Shown here: positions 25,360-36,539 of the stretch, in pieces | Layout: each line of letters begins with the position of its first letter | Numbering within the stretch: position 1 is the stretch's first letter | Source: Narcine bancroftii | Taxonomy: Eukaryota | DNA length: 64,000 nucleotides | Direction: 5' to 3' | NCBI RefSeq assembly: GCF_036971445.1 | Contig: NC_091470.1 | Coordinates: 109,988,001-110,052,000, forward strand | Position numbers and translations under genes: made by a program | The notes under the pieces: model-generated | The model's database searches: none | The model's input: only the letters and a program-made list of their open reading frames with translations | What the model was told of the DNA's origin: nothing

Positions 25360-25890
25360 CAGACACTCTGGTTGAAATGAAAAAACAATGCTGGAGAAAC
25401 TCAGCAGGTCAAACAGCGTACTTTATATAGCAAAGCTAAAGATACAGAAATGACATTCTGGGCTTGAGTCCTTCATCAAGGTATGAGCAAAATGTAGGCA
25501 GGCGCTTGAATTAAATGGTGGGGGGGAGGTGCAGGGGGAAGAGTACAGCCCCACAGGCAGGAGGTAATAGGTGGATAAGGGAGGGAGGGCACACTCGCAT
25601 TCAGCAGGAAGGGGAATGGCTGTGAATGGAGAAGGAAGGGAGGGAGTGGGGAACTGGAGAAAAGGAGACAGAGGATGGGGAAGAGAGGGAGAAAAGTGAG
25701 TGGACTTGCAGAAACCAGAGAACTTGATATTAATGCCATCCAGTTGGGGAGGGCCCTGATGGAATATTAGGGGACACTCTTCCAATTTGGAGTTGGCCTT
25801 GGAGTGACAGTGTGACAGACATGTCAGCACGGGAGTGGGGCACACAATTGAAATGGTTGGTCACTGGGAGATCCCTGTCACTGATGCAGG
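25360..25890 (-). mobile_element. Penelope-like element 3' part, tail-to-tail with the previous copy
   Basis: KLEECPLIF...QLDGINIKFSGF on the minus strand; hammerhead-like terminus at 25445-25486. Confidence 0.85.
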
Positions 25891-26057
25891 TCATGCTGTC
25901 TGTGAGCTTGGGATCATGTCAAAAGTCAAAGGCAAGGAGATTAGAGTGGAAGTGAGATGGAAATTAATCAGATGTATTCTGCAAAGTGGCTAAACATGTG
26001 GTTTTCAGTTTCTTCACCGTAGAGGAGACAACATTTTGAATACCAAAAGCAGTCTAA

Positions 26058-26302
26058 TGGTTGGTGTAGCAGTTAACGCAACGCCTTTACAGCACCAACG
26101 ATTGGGACTGGGGTTTGAATCCTGTGCTGTCTCTAAGAAATTTGTACGTTCTCCCTGCGTCTACGTTGGTTTTCCCCGGGGACTCCGGTTTACTCCCACC
26201 ATTTGAAACGTACTGGCGTTGTAGGTCAATTGGGTGTAAATTGGGCAGCACGGACTCATGGGCCGAAAATGGCCTGTTACCGTGCTGTATGTCTACATTT
26301 AA
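26058..26302 (+). mobile_element. V-SINE (HE1-like), near full length
   Basis: A-box, B-box, V-domain and tail GGGCCGAAAATGGCCTGTTACCGTGCTGTATGTCTA. Confidence 0.88.
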
Positions 26303-26379
26303 ATGGGAAATACTTTTCTGTATTCAAGGAAGACAAGAAGGAATGAGGTGAAAGGGCAGGTGTTGAATGGAAAGGGGGT

Positions 26380-26740
26380 GAAATACGAAAGTCTGAAGAT
26401 GCTGTGATTGTAGTAAAAACACACCAAAATACTGGAGGAACTCAGACTGTCTCGCAGCGCCCACAGAAGGTAAAGATATATTAACCGTCATTTCGGACCT
26501 GAGCCCTTCTTCAAGATATAAACAAAAACCCGAAGGTGTCCGGATAGCGAAGTTGGAAAATGGGAGGGAAAGGAGTCCAGACCAACTTTGAAAGGGTGTT
26601 AGTTTGATATAATAAGAGGAAAGGTTGATTTTGGCTCTGTGAAAAGGGACTGAGGGGAAAAAGGAAGAGAGAGACAGAGCTGGGGGAAAGATGACAGGGG
26701 AAGGGGGAGGGGTTTAATTGAAACCGGAGAAGTCGATGAC
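26380..26740 (-). mobile_element. Penelope-like pseudo-LTR fragment
   Basis: Homologous to 30800-31155; hammerhead-like motif at 26481-26520. Confidence 0.75.
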
Positions 26741-27034
26741 CTATAACGATTCAAATAATGGGAGGAAACTGGAGCCCCCGGGGAAAATCCGTGGAGACAC
26801 AGGAGACAATGGGAAGGCACCATAACTAAGGAATGAAAGCAGAAGTTTACTAGTGTCCCTCCTCCAATTTGAGCTCTCTGTCTTTGACCTCCTACACTCT
26901 TTTGATGAAACTCAACATCTTAAACAGCACTTTATCTCCTGATTTTTGTTCTTTAGAGCTTAACATTGATTTCAACAATTTCAGATGATCACTCAATGCT
27001 GTCATATATCTCATATTACCTGTGTTTAAATCGA

Positions 27035-27151
27035 TAGTTCTCGACCTTTTTTCTTCCACTCACATTCCACTTTAAGCAATCACAGAGCACCTATGGCATA
27101 GGAATACTTAAAGTGGGTTGTGAGTAGAAAGAAAAAGGTGGGGAACCACTG
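27035..27151. mobile_element. hAT MITE, single palindromic module
   Basis: Matches one module of 12783-13145 and ends AACCACTG; a partial copy lies at ~15030-15115. Confidence 0.75.
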
Positions 27152-27199
27152 GTAAATGCTTTATTCTCTCCTCCAGCTACATCAGATTTAATTTGACAT

Positions 27200-27840
27200 T
27201 TGTAGCGTACCGGTTAGTTCAGCACTGTTACAGCACCTCTTATCTGTGGATTGCCACCTTGTCGTGGTGGAGAGGCTTGTGTGGTCCTGAGATCCCGAGA
27301 GCCATGCCGTCTGGAGCTATGCTCCTGGTAGGGCCACCCATGGCAGGAAGGTCAAGGGTGAGGTCCCTGACATAAAACAATCCAACCAAGACCTCAACGG
27401 TGGAACAGGCGGACAAAGTTACTTCGAACTCAATGGCTGTGAAGGCGGACGAAGGCTGCAACAAATCCATCAGCTCCGATTGTCATGGTTTCCATGCCAT
27501 TGAACTTAATTGGTTGATTTGTGAAGTATCGTGTGCTTCTTAGAGTGCGACATCAAGTACACGTTAAACAAATGCACGCACAGGCATCTCAGCTCTGTGG
27601 ATCAAAGGAATGAAGGCCATTATCCTCAACCTCGAGGGATAGCCACGACCGATTACAGCACCAAAGATCTGGGTTTGAATCCGGTGCTGTCTGCAAGGAG
27701 TTTGTACGCTCTTCCTACAACTGCACTGGGCTTCCTCTGGATGCTCCCACCCTCCCAAAACTTACACGGTTTATAGATTAAACTGGTATTTGGACAGGAC
27801 GGAAGGGCCTGTAACCGTGCCACATCTCTAAATTAAAATT
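27200..27840 (+). mobile_element. V-SINE split by a nested insertion
   Basis: SINE head at 27200-27237; the SINE resumes at 27653 with B-box, V-domain and tail. Confidence 0.75.
27238..27652 (+). mobile_element. RTE-related non-autonomous short element
   Basis: 10-bp TSD TTACAGCACC (27228-27237 / 27653-27662); head CCACCTTGTCGTGGTGGAGAGG...CCTGGTAGGGCCACCCATGGC resembles RTE (Expander/BovB) 5'UTRs; ends GCCACGACCGA. Confidence 0.75.
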
Positions 27841-28136
27841 AATTTGTCTGTTCCTGTTTACATCTCTTCCAAGCATACGTTCATAACATTTTGTCAGGGG
27901 CACTACAACATACTTCACTCAATCTCTTTGCTCCCCACTCAATTACAGGGCATCACTCTTATTTTCTCTGAACCTCCTTCCTTTTTCTGGAATTTCAAAG
28001 TCCTTTCATTTCCTAGTTTTCCCTGTTTTCCTCCACAGATGTCGTCTGACCTGGTGAGTAGTTCCAGCGTGGAATGTTTCACCACTGAATCCTTAACTAA
28101 ACTCATTGAAAACATTTATTTGTTTGCTCTTTGCTT

Positions 28137-28372
28137 TTGGCATGTTTGGCGTAGAGGTTAGCGCAACGCCTTTACAGCACCAGTGATTGAGACCGGATAG
28201 GGGTTTGAATCCCGCGCTGTCTGTAAGAGGTTTGTACACTCTCCCCGTGTCTGCGTCAATTTTCTCTGGGGGCTCCCTCCTAATGTTCAGAATGTACCGG
28301 GGGTGTAGGTTAATGTGGGGTATAAATGAGGACTGAAATGGCTTGTTTCCGAGCTGTATGTCGAACTTTAAA
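28137..28372 (+). mobile_element. V-SINE (HE1-like)
   Basis: A-box, B-box and V-domain. Confidence 0.82.
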
Positions 28373-30519
28373 AAATTTAACTAGAGGAGGTGTTCTAAAA
28401 AATAGCACACAATGGACCCAACATTTTGTTAATTGACAAAAAAACTTACACAATTTCAGTGATTTTGCAAGAAATTCCACATTTGGTGTTGACTGCCCAT
28501 TCCTTTCTTGGATTGGTGGATCACACACTTTCCTCTCAGCTCTGGATCACCGAGACAACAGCTGCTCTTCATCCACTACGTTCAGCCTTCAACACCATCA
28601 TTCCTTTGAAATGGAATTTATAGCAATATTTGCCCTGTGATACTGCTGCAAAACATGGAATTTTGTGACATGTTCATGACAATAAATTCTGATTTTGATT
28701 CAGTCTCTACCTGAGTTAACCAAGTTATTTTTTTTTAAATCAATAAAATGGAAAATCTAAGGTGTGGTTAATTATTTCATTGACCAAAGTCCCTTATTTA
28801 ATTGCAATCTGCCCTATATTCCCTGTTGTCACAAATAATTAAGGCCTCAAATAGTCTAAGGCCTAACGCAAAAAATATTTGACAGTTTCTCTGTTGTAGG
28901 AATGCGCATCTTGGGAAATGAATCATCGACTTCATCGTGCAAATATGGTCTCTTCAGAAGCTCTTAAGGCAATAGTGTTGTGCTCCTTTCATTTATATAG
29001 TGCCTTTTGAGGCTCCAGGACATCTGAAAAGCATTATAATTAATGAAGTGCATTTGGAGCATATTTATTCTGGACCATAAGTTGTGGGAAAGCAGTAGCA
29101 GCCCATCAGAACCACACTAAAGGATTTTATTGTCTACTGTTGACATCTGCTGAAGTTTTTTTTCCAGCACGAAATCAACTTTAAATATCATTCCAGTCTC
29201 ATTTTTTCCTTTCCTGTCTGTGCCCATCCCCCTCAAAAATAACGCAAGCATTTGTAACAAATTCATCTCGTGTTGAAGTGATTTTCCTCATTCACTTTGC
29301 TCTTTCTTTGCAACTTTTTCCACTCAAAGATGATTTTCCATCCAGTTTCTGACTGCTTCAGTCACAGCAAACCCTTTTCCAGCATCTGTTTCACGTAAGA
29401 TTCATAAAATCTATTTGTCCAGACCCATGGACGGACATGTGGTCGGGAAATTGGGCATCCTGCACAATGGACAGGCCTTCCTGAAACCTCTAATGGCTTT
29501 CTGTGCAGAAAACAATTAAGAGCCTTTCGTGTTGCAAAGCATCAAAGCCTCCCAAGTCAATTCAATTTTGCTTTTTCGAAAATAAGTTTATCGGTGTGGG
29601 GGGGTGGGGGTGGAGGATGATGTTATCAAAGTTGGAATGACAGGGCCAATCTTGGGAGCGGGGGGGGGGGTATGGTGGGCAGAGGTAGCGGGGATGGGGG
29701 TGGGGAATTCTAACTTGGAATTCTAACTTGGAAGATTTCCCCATACTCCTGGCCAAAACCAGCTTTAATATGGCCTAATTCTCATTTAGTAAACAATTTA
29801 AATGCTATTTTTTAATGGTTGCTTACAGCCAGACTGGAGTAGAAACTTATCATTCTGGAATCAATTATACGGAACAGGGTCAGATGGCTATAGCTTACCC
29901 TTAGGCTATGAGTTCAATTCATAATGGATTAATTTTCAATATTAAATTATATGATCAAAAGATAAAAGAGACTTAAATAATGAGTCAGTTTCCATTTTGA
30001 TATCTTTTTTCGAACAAGGTCAGTTTACTTTGGTTAATAATAATTAAATTGAGTGATTTGGCTTTGCTGACGATTGAAGCCAAATGTAAGACTATCTAAG
30101 ATGAGAGGTGAAATTAAGTGCCACAGTCTGCCACTGAAGCTCTTTCTTTTTGCCTCTTGCTATTGATTTATCTCTCGTACAAAAAAAAGGAATACGATAA
30201 GCATTTCTGCATCACACTTACTGAGATTCTTTCGGTCGTGCATCAAAGGACATCATATGAAATCGTTGCCGTGAATGTTGAGCAGGGAACTGCAGGAACA
30301 ACTTTCCACTAGCAGGACCCCATAGCCTTGAAATGATCACGATGGCATTATTTTTGGATAATGGCTAGCCAGAACAACAGGGAACACTACTTTGCCCTTC
30401 TTTGAGGCAGTTCATGGGATATGAGCCAGTGGAATGGTAGATGAAGTTTAATTCAGATAAGTGCAAGACATTTCATTTGTAAAGCAAAAAGAGGCAGGGC
30501 ATACTGACATACACAATAG

Positions 30520-31155
30520 GCCCCCAGAGAATGTTTCTGCATCTGGTGCTCCCGTTGTGGCCTCCTCTGCATCAGAGAGACTGGACGCAGACTGGGAGAT
30601 CACTTCGTTGAGCACCTCAGCTCTGTCCACTGCATTAGGGTGGATTCTGCCAGTGGACACTTATTTCAATTCCCGGTCCCATTCCTTTGCCGACATGTCT
30701 GTCCATGGTCTCAAGCACGGCCGACTGAGACTACTCGCAAATTGGAAGAACAACACCTTATCTTCTGACTGGGCTCCCTACAACTGGAGGTCATTAACAT
30801 TGACTTCTCCAGTTTTCATTAAACCCTCTCCCCTCCTATCTTCATCCCAGTCTCCTTTCCTCAGGTTCACTCTCTCTCTCTCTCTCTCTCTCACTCCTTT
30901 TCTGTCTCCTTTCAGAGAGCCAAAACCAATTCTCCCCTTTCCTCTTATCATATCAATTAACACCTTTTGTTTATTGATCTGGACTCCTCCCCTCCCATTC
31001 TTCCCCCTTTCTCTCCCAGTCTTTATTCAGACGCCCACCTGCTTTTTGCTTATTCCTTGAATAAGGGCTCAGGCCTGAAGCCTCCCATGGACACTGTGAG
31101 ACCGGCTGAGTTCCTCCAGCATTTCTGTGTGTTTTTTACTACAATCACAGTGCCC
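30520..31155 (+). mobile_element. Penelope-like element: GIY-YIG fragment plus pseudo-LTR
   Basis: CIWCSRCGLLCIRETGRRLGDHFVEHL in one frame, PVDTYFNSRSHS downstream; terminus at ~31050-31155. Confidence 0.85.
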
Positions 31156-31728
31156 GCAGAGGAGAATGGTGTTGAACAGATGGACCAACGGACACAGGGA
31201 TGAGGCTTCCTGAATGCAGCGACACGGGAGGCCAAGTTTAGGAAGGTGTTTGACAGAGCTTGTCTTTATCATCCGGGGCACTGAGTACAGAAGTTGGGGC
31301 ATCCTGAGTACAGGAGTTTGTGCTCTACAAGGCATTTATAGTATTGTGTGCCACTCTCTTTCCTCATCTGTACAAAGGATGTCATTAAACTGGAAATGGT
31401 GCAGAAAAGAAGGATGCCATTGTTATTCAAGGGGCTTGTGAAATAAAGAGAGGTAAAATTTCCTTTAGTCTGCCCTAAGGCAGATTCACCATCAGCAGAA
31501 TTTGCTTGGGGGTTTCCCTACAGTCAGAGAAAGAGAAGCAAAAAAGCATCCCCAGGGTCACTGAGAGTCCGCAGATTCATTTCCAGCGCTCCCGCAGCCT
31601 CTACAGCCACATAGCCTTCACTTCACACCATCGGCAGCCCGAGTTCCAGATCCAAACCTCTGACACGAGCAGGAAGCCCTCAGCGCCCTCGGCATCCCCT
31701 CATATCACAGCTATGATACGTGGTATCC

Positions 31729-31950
31729 NNNNNNNNNNNNNNNNNNNNNNNNNNNNNNNNNNNNNNNNNNNNNNNNNNNNNNNNNNNNNNNNNNNNNNNN
31801 NNNNNNNNNNNNNNNNNNNNNNNNNNNNNNNNNNNNNNNNNNNNNNNNNNNNNNNNNNNNNNNNNNNNNNNNNNNNNNNNNNNNNNNNNNNNNNNNNNNN
31901 NNNNNNNNNNNNNNNNNNNNNNNNNNNNNNNNNNNNNNNNNNNNNNNNNN
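31729..31950. other. Assembly gap (N run)
   Basis: Direct observation. Confidence 0.99.
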
Positions 31951-32719
31951 TTTTTTCTCTTGCATCACATTTCATGTTGAGTTTGTTAATGGGATGGTGT
32001 AAAATAGACACTGGTCAGGGGAGGGGTGGAAAAGTGCTGAAAATGAACCCCATCCCATTACTCAGATATGGAAATATTAAATGCTGTAAAGTTGTCTTAC
32101 CTGCTCCTATCAATCGCCAGGTTATTTTTAATCACACTCTGATGGATGGATCTTGAAACTTTTTGCAATGTTCCTTCAAAGTTCTTTTGCCAAAAATATT
32201 TTAGATCACCTGTTCGGTGCAGATGGTGTGAATTCCAAGTCTGTTCTGAGAGGCAGGGTTGCATTGTTAAAAGCTGAGGAATGACTGTTCTGTGTAAGAT
32301 TAGGCTTTTATTCAAATGATTCATGAAAGAAATGAAATCAATCACCCTTTATTAGTTGAGTGTATCAATCGTCAGTTGTTGTAAAAGATGCAATGAACCA
32401 TTTGTACCTGGGTTACTGCAATCTTGATTTTGGCCTGAATATTTTATTAAAGAAATTAATAATTTCTACAGGTGTACCATGGAGAGCATTCAGTCTGGTT
32501 GTATCACTGATGCATCAACTATTACCACAAAAGAATGAGCTCATGAAACTGATAGGTTTTTATTGACTATTGACTGGAACAACAACTAACCTCATCGACT
32601 GATCATGGCAGGAAGACTGGGGAGCAGGCAAAGGGGTAATGGGCAGAATTGGTCTCAGGAGCCATGTCCAATTGTCAGTAGCCAATCACAGTATAAGAGT
32701 GGTTTGTCACACTCACTGT

Positions 32720-33090
32720 GTGGTCTGGAGGTGCCAATGAACAGGACGGGAAAAACACTCCAGAGAGTTGTTAACTCATTCAGCGCACGGGGAAACCAGT
32801 CTTCACTTCACAGAGGAGATCTATAAGGGGTGGTGTCTTAAGAAAACAGCCTCTGTCCTCAAGGACCCCCACCACCCTTTTCACTCTGCTACCATTGGGA
32901 AGGAGGTACAGGAGCCTGAAGACAAGCACTCAACAGCACAAGGACAGTTTTTTTCCCTCTGCCGTCAGATTTCTGAATGGACCACGAGCTATACACATGA
33001 CCTCACTCTTTCCTATTTTCTTGCACCATTTATTCATTTTTGAAATGTAATTTATAGCATTATATTTATACTCTGTTGCATAACAACAAA
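32720..33090 (+). mobile_element. Rex1/Babar LINE 3' fragment
   Basis: LQRVVNS and CLKKTASVLKDPHHP motifs. Confidence 0.75.
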
Positions 33091-33440
33091 CTCTATATAT
33101 TTCGGAGTATAAGTCGACTCTTTAAACCCTCAAAAAGTGCTCAAAAATCAGGGGTCGACATACGCCAGGTCCAAAAATGAGACGTTAAATTCAACTGGGA
33201 GATCCCTGCTATTTACGCGGACAGTGAAGTAAACTTGCAGATGGCACGCAATTTATTGGAAAATCAAATTGTTTAGAGGTCATAGAAGCTGCAGAGCATT
33301 TATGAATAGATTATGTGAGTGGAGATGGGGCTATAAAGTTGGTCAACGAGGTTATACACTTTGAAAGAAAAAGTAGTAAAATCAGATGATTATTTAAAAG
33401 GTGAAAAATTGCAACATGTTGTGCAGAGATATCATGGTGC

Positions 33441-33922
33441 ACTAGAGGCCGACAGCATCGAGTCCACGCTGCTGAAGACCCAAATGCGCTGGGTGGGTCA
33501 CGTCTCCAGAATGGAGGACTATCGCCTTCCCAAGATCGTGTTCTATGGCGAGCTCTCCACTGGCCACCGAGACCGAGGTGCACCAAAGAAGAGGTACAAG
33601 GACTGCCTAAAGAAATCTCTTGGTGCCTGCCCCATTGACCACCGCCAGTGGGCTGATCTCGCCTCCAACCGTGCATCTTGGCGCCTCACAGTTCGGCGGG
33701 CAGCAACCTCCTTTGAAGAAGACCGCAGAGCCCACCTCACTGACAAAAGACAAAGGAGGAAAAACCCAACACCCAACCCCAACCAACCAAATTTTCCTTG
33801 CAACCGTTGCAACCGTGCCTGCCTGTCCCGCATCGGACTTGTCAGTCACCAACAAGCCTGCAGCAGACGTGGACATACCCCTCCATAAATCTTCGTCCGC
33901 GAAGCCAAGCCAAAGAAAGAAG
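33441..33922 (+). mobile_element. RTE-clade LINE 3' end (young) inserted in a CR1 remnant
   Basis: Open frame LEADSIESTLLKTQMRWVGHVSRMEDYRLPKIVFYGEL...CNRCNRACLSRIGLVSH; AAAG tail. Confidence 0.92.
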
Positions 33923-34114
33923 TAGGTTCAGCAGGTAATCAAGAAGGTAAATGGAATGCTATCCTTCATTGCTCGGTGATTGAATTTAAGAGCAGGGTAT
34001 TGGTGAGGCTGCACCTGGAGAACTCCGTGCGGTACTGGTCTCCTTGGCTGAAGTAGTGGAGAGCACATGTTCCTTGGTGTGCATGTAAGGGATGACCTAA
34101 CCTGGACTCACAAT

Positions 34115-34440
34115 GGCTCTGCCAGCTTGTCCTGTTCCAGTCCCAGCTGCAGCTGCTGAACTGCAGAACTAAAACTGAATTCTCTCCCTCTCTCTCTGAG
34201 AAAACCACATGACCCTCTTAGAACAGCCAACAGCACTCAGGCTGCGGCACCGGATCCAATCTTCCGAGCCCGTTCATCTGTCACTTACCAAAACCATAAT
34301 CCATTACCCAACAGCATGTCCAATTAACACCTACTTGTGAAGTTTCTATAGGCCTTCAAAGTTTTTGCAAAGGCACTAACTAAAAACCCCACACAATTTA
34401 TCTCCTTTAAAGCAAATATAAAATATAAATCAATCACAAC
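34115..34440 (-). mobile_element. Fragment of the 1-kb LTR family
   Basis: GCCAGCTTGTCCTGTTCCAGTCCCAGCTGC and AAAACCACATGACCCTCTTAGAACAGC are reverse complements of segments within 2588-2760. Confidence 0.75.
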
Positions 34441-34591
34441 AGCATCTTCCCACAGGCTGTGAGACTGACAAGCAATATCCTGCAACAGTATCAAAGATTT
34501 TGTGATCTTTACCAACTGTGTTGTGTGCTTTTGTGCTTGCACCATGGTCTGAAGAGATGCTGTTTTGTCAGCTTGTATATTTGTAAGATGT

Positions 34592-34795
34592 ACAGAGCCC
34601 ACCTCACTGACAAAAGGCAAAGGAGGAAAAACCCAACACCCAACCCCAACCAACCAATTTTCCCCTGCAGCCGCTGCAACCGTGTCTGCCTGTCCCGCAT
34701 CGGACTTGTCAGCCACAAACGAGCCTGCAGCTGACATGGACTTTTACCCCCTCCATAAATCTTCGTCCGCGAAGCCAAGCCAAAGAAAAAAAAAA
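34592..34795 (+). mobile_element. RTE-clade LINE 3' end (very short truncation)
   Basis: RAHLTDKRQRRKNP...CSRCNRVCLSRIGLVSHKRACS; near-identical to the copies at 9212 and 33441. Confidence 0.9.
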
Positions 34796-36539
34796 TCAGA
34801 TGATAATAACCTTGAACTTGAAAAGGGATACAATGGCTTTGGAGGTGGTGCAGAGGAGGTTCTGCAGATTGAATCAGATTCAAAATTTTTTATCGTGAAC
34901 AAATCACAAAATTCGTTGTTTTGCAGCAGCGTCACATTGGAAACATTCATAAAAACCACCTTACAACAATAAATATTTTTTAAAAGTGCATGAGAAGTAA
35001 GGAAGCATTTTTGGTTCATTGATTATTCAAGGATCTGATGGCAGAAGTCTGTGTGATGGACTGGAGGAGAAAGGGGAAAGCAACTTGGTTACAGGAACCT
35101 GTGTTGTGGGATGGTAAAAAAAAGGTGTGTGTGAGACAAGGTCGGGGGGGGGGGTGTGGGGGAGCCTGGTGGGTAAGAAAGGCTTGGGGGTGGGTCAAAA
35201 ATACAATGCTGGATAAACTCAGCGGGTCAAACTGTACTTCATGTGGGCGTCTGCTTCTCTGATGGTTCTGTATCTTAAATTTTGCTAAAGTTTGACCCGT
35301 TGAGTTTCTCCGGCAGTTTTTTCACTTGAACCATGGTGTCTGCAGACTTTTATGTTTTACTTCCATGGGGAGAGGCTTACTTGAAATTGGAGAAATCACG
35401 TTTGTGCTCACGGGATCTTGACTTCCGAGGAGAAACACGACGCCTCTGTTCTTAAATTGGCTTTAGGCTTCATCTTAGCCATGGAGGATCCTGAAGTATA
35501 ATTTGAAACACATGCATCATTGACTCTCTCTTAAGCAGTTCCTGCAGTGGGATTCTCCATGTTGGTAAGATTCTTGATCATTTTGGGGGATGAAAGCTAA
35601 GTTAAAATTGTCAGGGTCTGTTGAAAAATTGCAACTCACTGGGAGTGCTTGAGATGAATGACAAAATGTTTGCAGGAGTAGCAGGCTATCAAGAAGGTAA
35701 CTGGGCTTTTGCCCTTTGTTGCTAGACAGATTGAATTTAAGAGCAGGGAGGTACTGGGAGAGCTCTGAGCAGTTCTGGTCTCCTTGCCCGAAAGAGTGGA
35801 GAGCACAAGTTCCTTGACGTGCATATAAGGGATGACCTGTAATGGACTCACAACGCCTCCTCATTAGTCAGGAAGGTGCAGCAGCGCCTACACTTCCTCA
35901 GGAGGCGGAGGAGGGGCAAGGCTACCAACCCCCATCTTGACAACCTTTCACAGGAGCACAACTGAGGGTGTCCTGTCTGGCTGCATCATTGACTCTCTCT
36001 TAAGCAGCTCCTGCAGTGGGATTCTCCATGTTTGTAAGATCCTTGATCATTTTTGAAGGGAATGAGAACTGTTAAAATGTCAGGATCTGTTGTAAGGAGC
36101 CTTTACCTTTTTGGAAAAAAAAGAACATTTGCATCTGGGAGGCCGATGGAATTGCGACAAATGCTTTCATACCCATAGGATTTGGCCCATTCTACTCCAG
36201 TATCTGTGCTGTGCACCACTTCAATTTTCCTGCATAATATCTATTGTTGCAGCTGCTGAGCTGATAGGATTGTCCTGAGATGTGCGCAAAAAAAAATGGT
36301 ACTGAGGAGCTGAAGAGAGATATTGCCAGACCCCAGCACTATCTGGATTATAGTTATCACTTGAAATTCCTTTCTCAGAACATTATAATCCAACATCAGG
36401 TCAGATTCGTTCAGGTTGTGAAACCAAGAACTGTAGGTTGGCAATGGTTGGTCATTAAGAGTTAAAGGATGTGAAGAGACATCAGAAAGTTTTGAAAGGT
36501 TGGTAATCAGCCAGGATAGCTGTGTCCTTGTCAGAAGGT

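Noticed and set aside
30461-31060. 199-aa ORF as a novel gene
   Set aside because: Shifting-frame read of a decayed Penelope GIY-YIG region plus a CT-rich tract.
31506-32156. 216-aa ORF
   Set aside because: Spans an N gap and a family X repeat.
33361-33888. 175-aa zinc-finger host gene
   Set aside because: RTE ORF C-terminus fused by chance to upstream CR1 remnant; repeated three times in the window.
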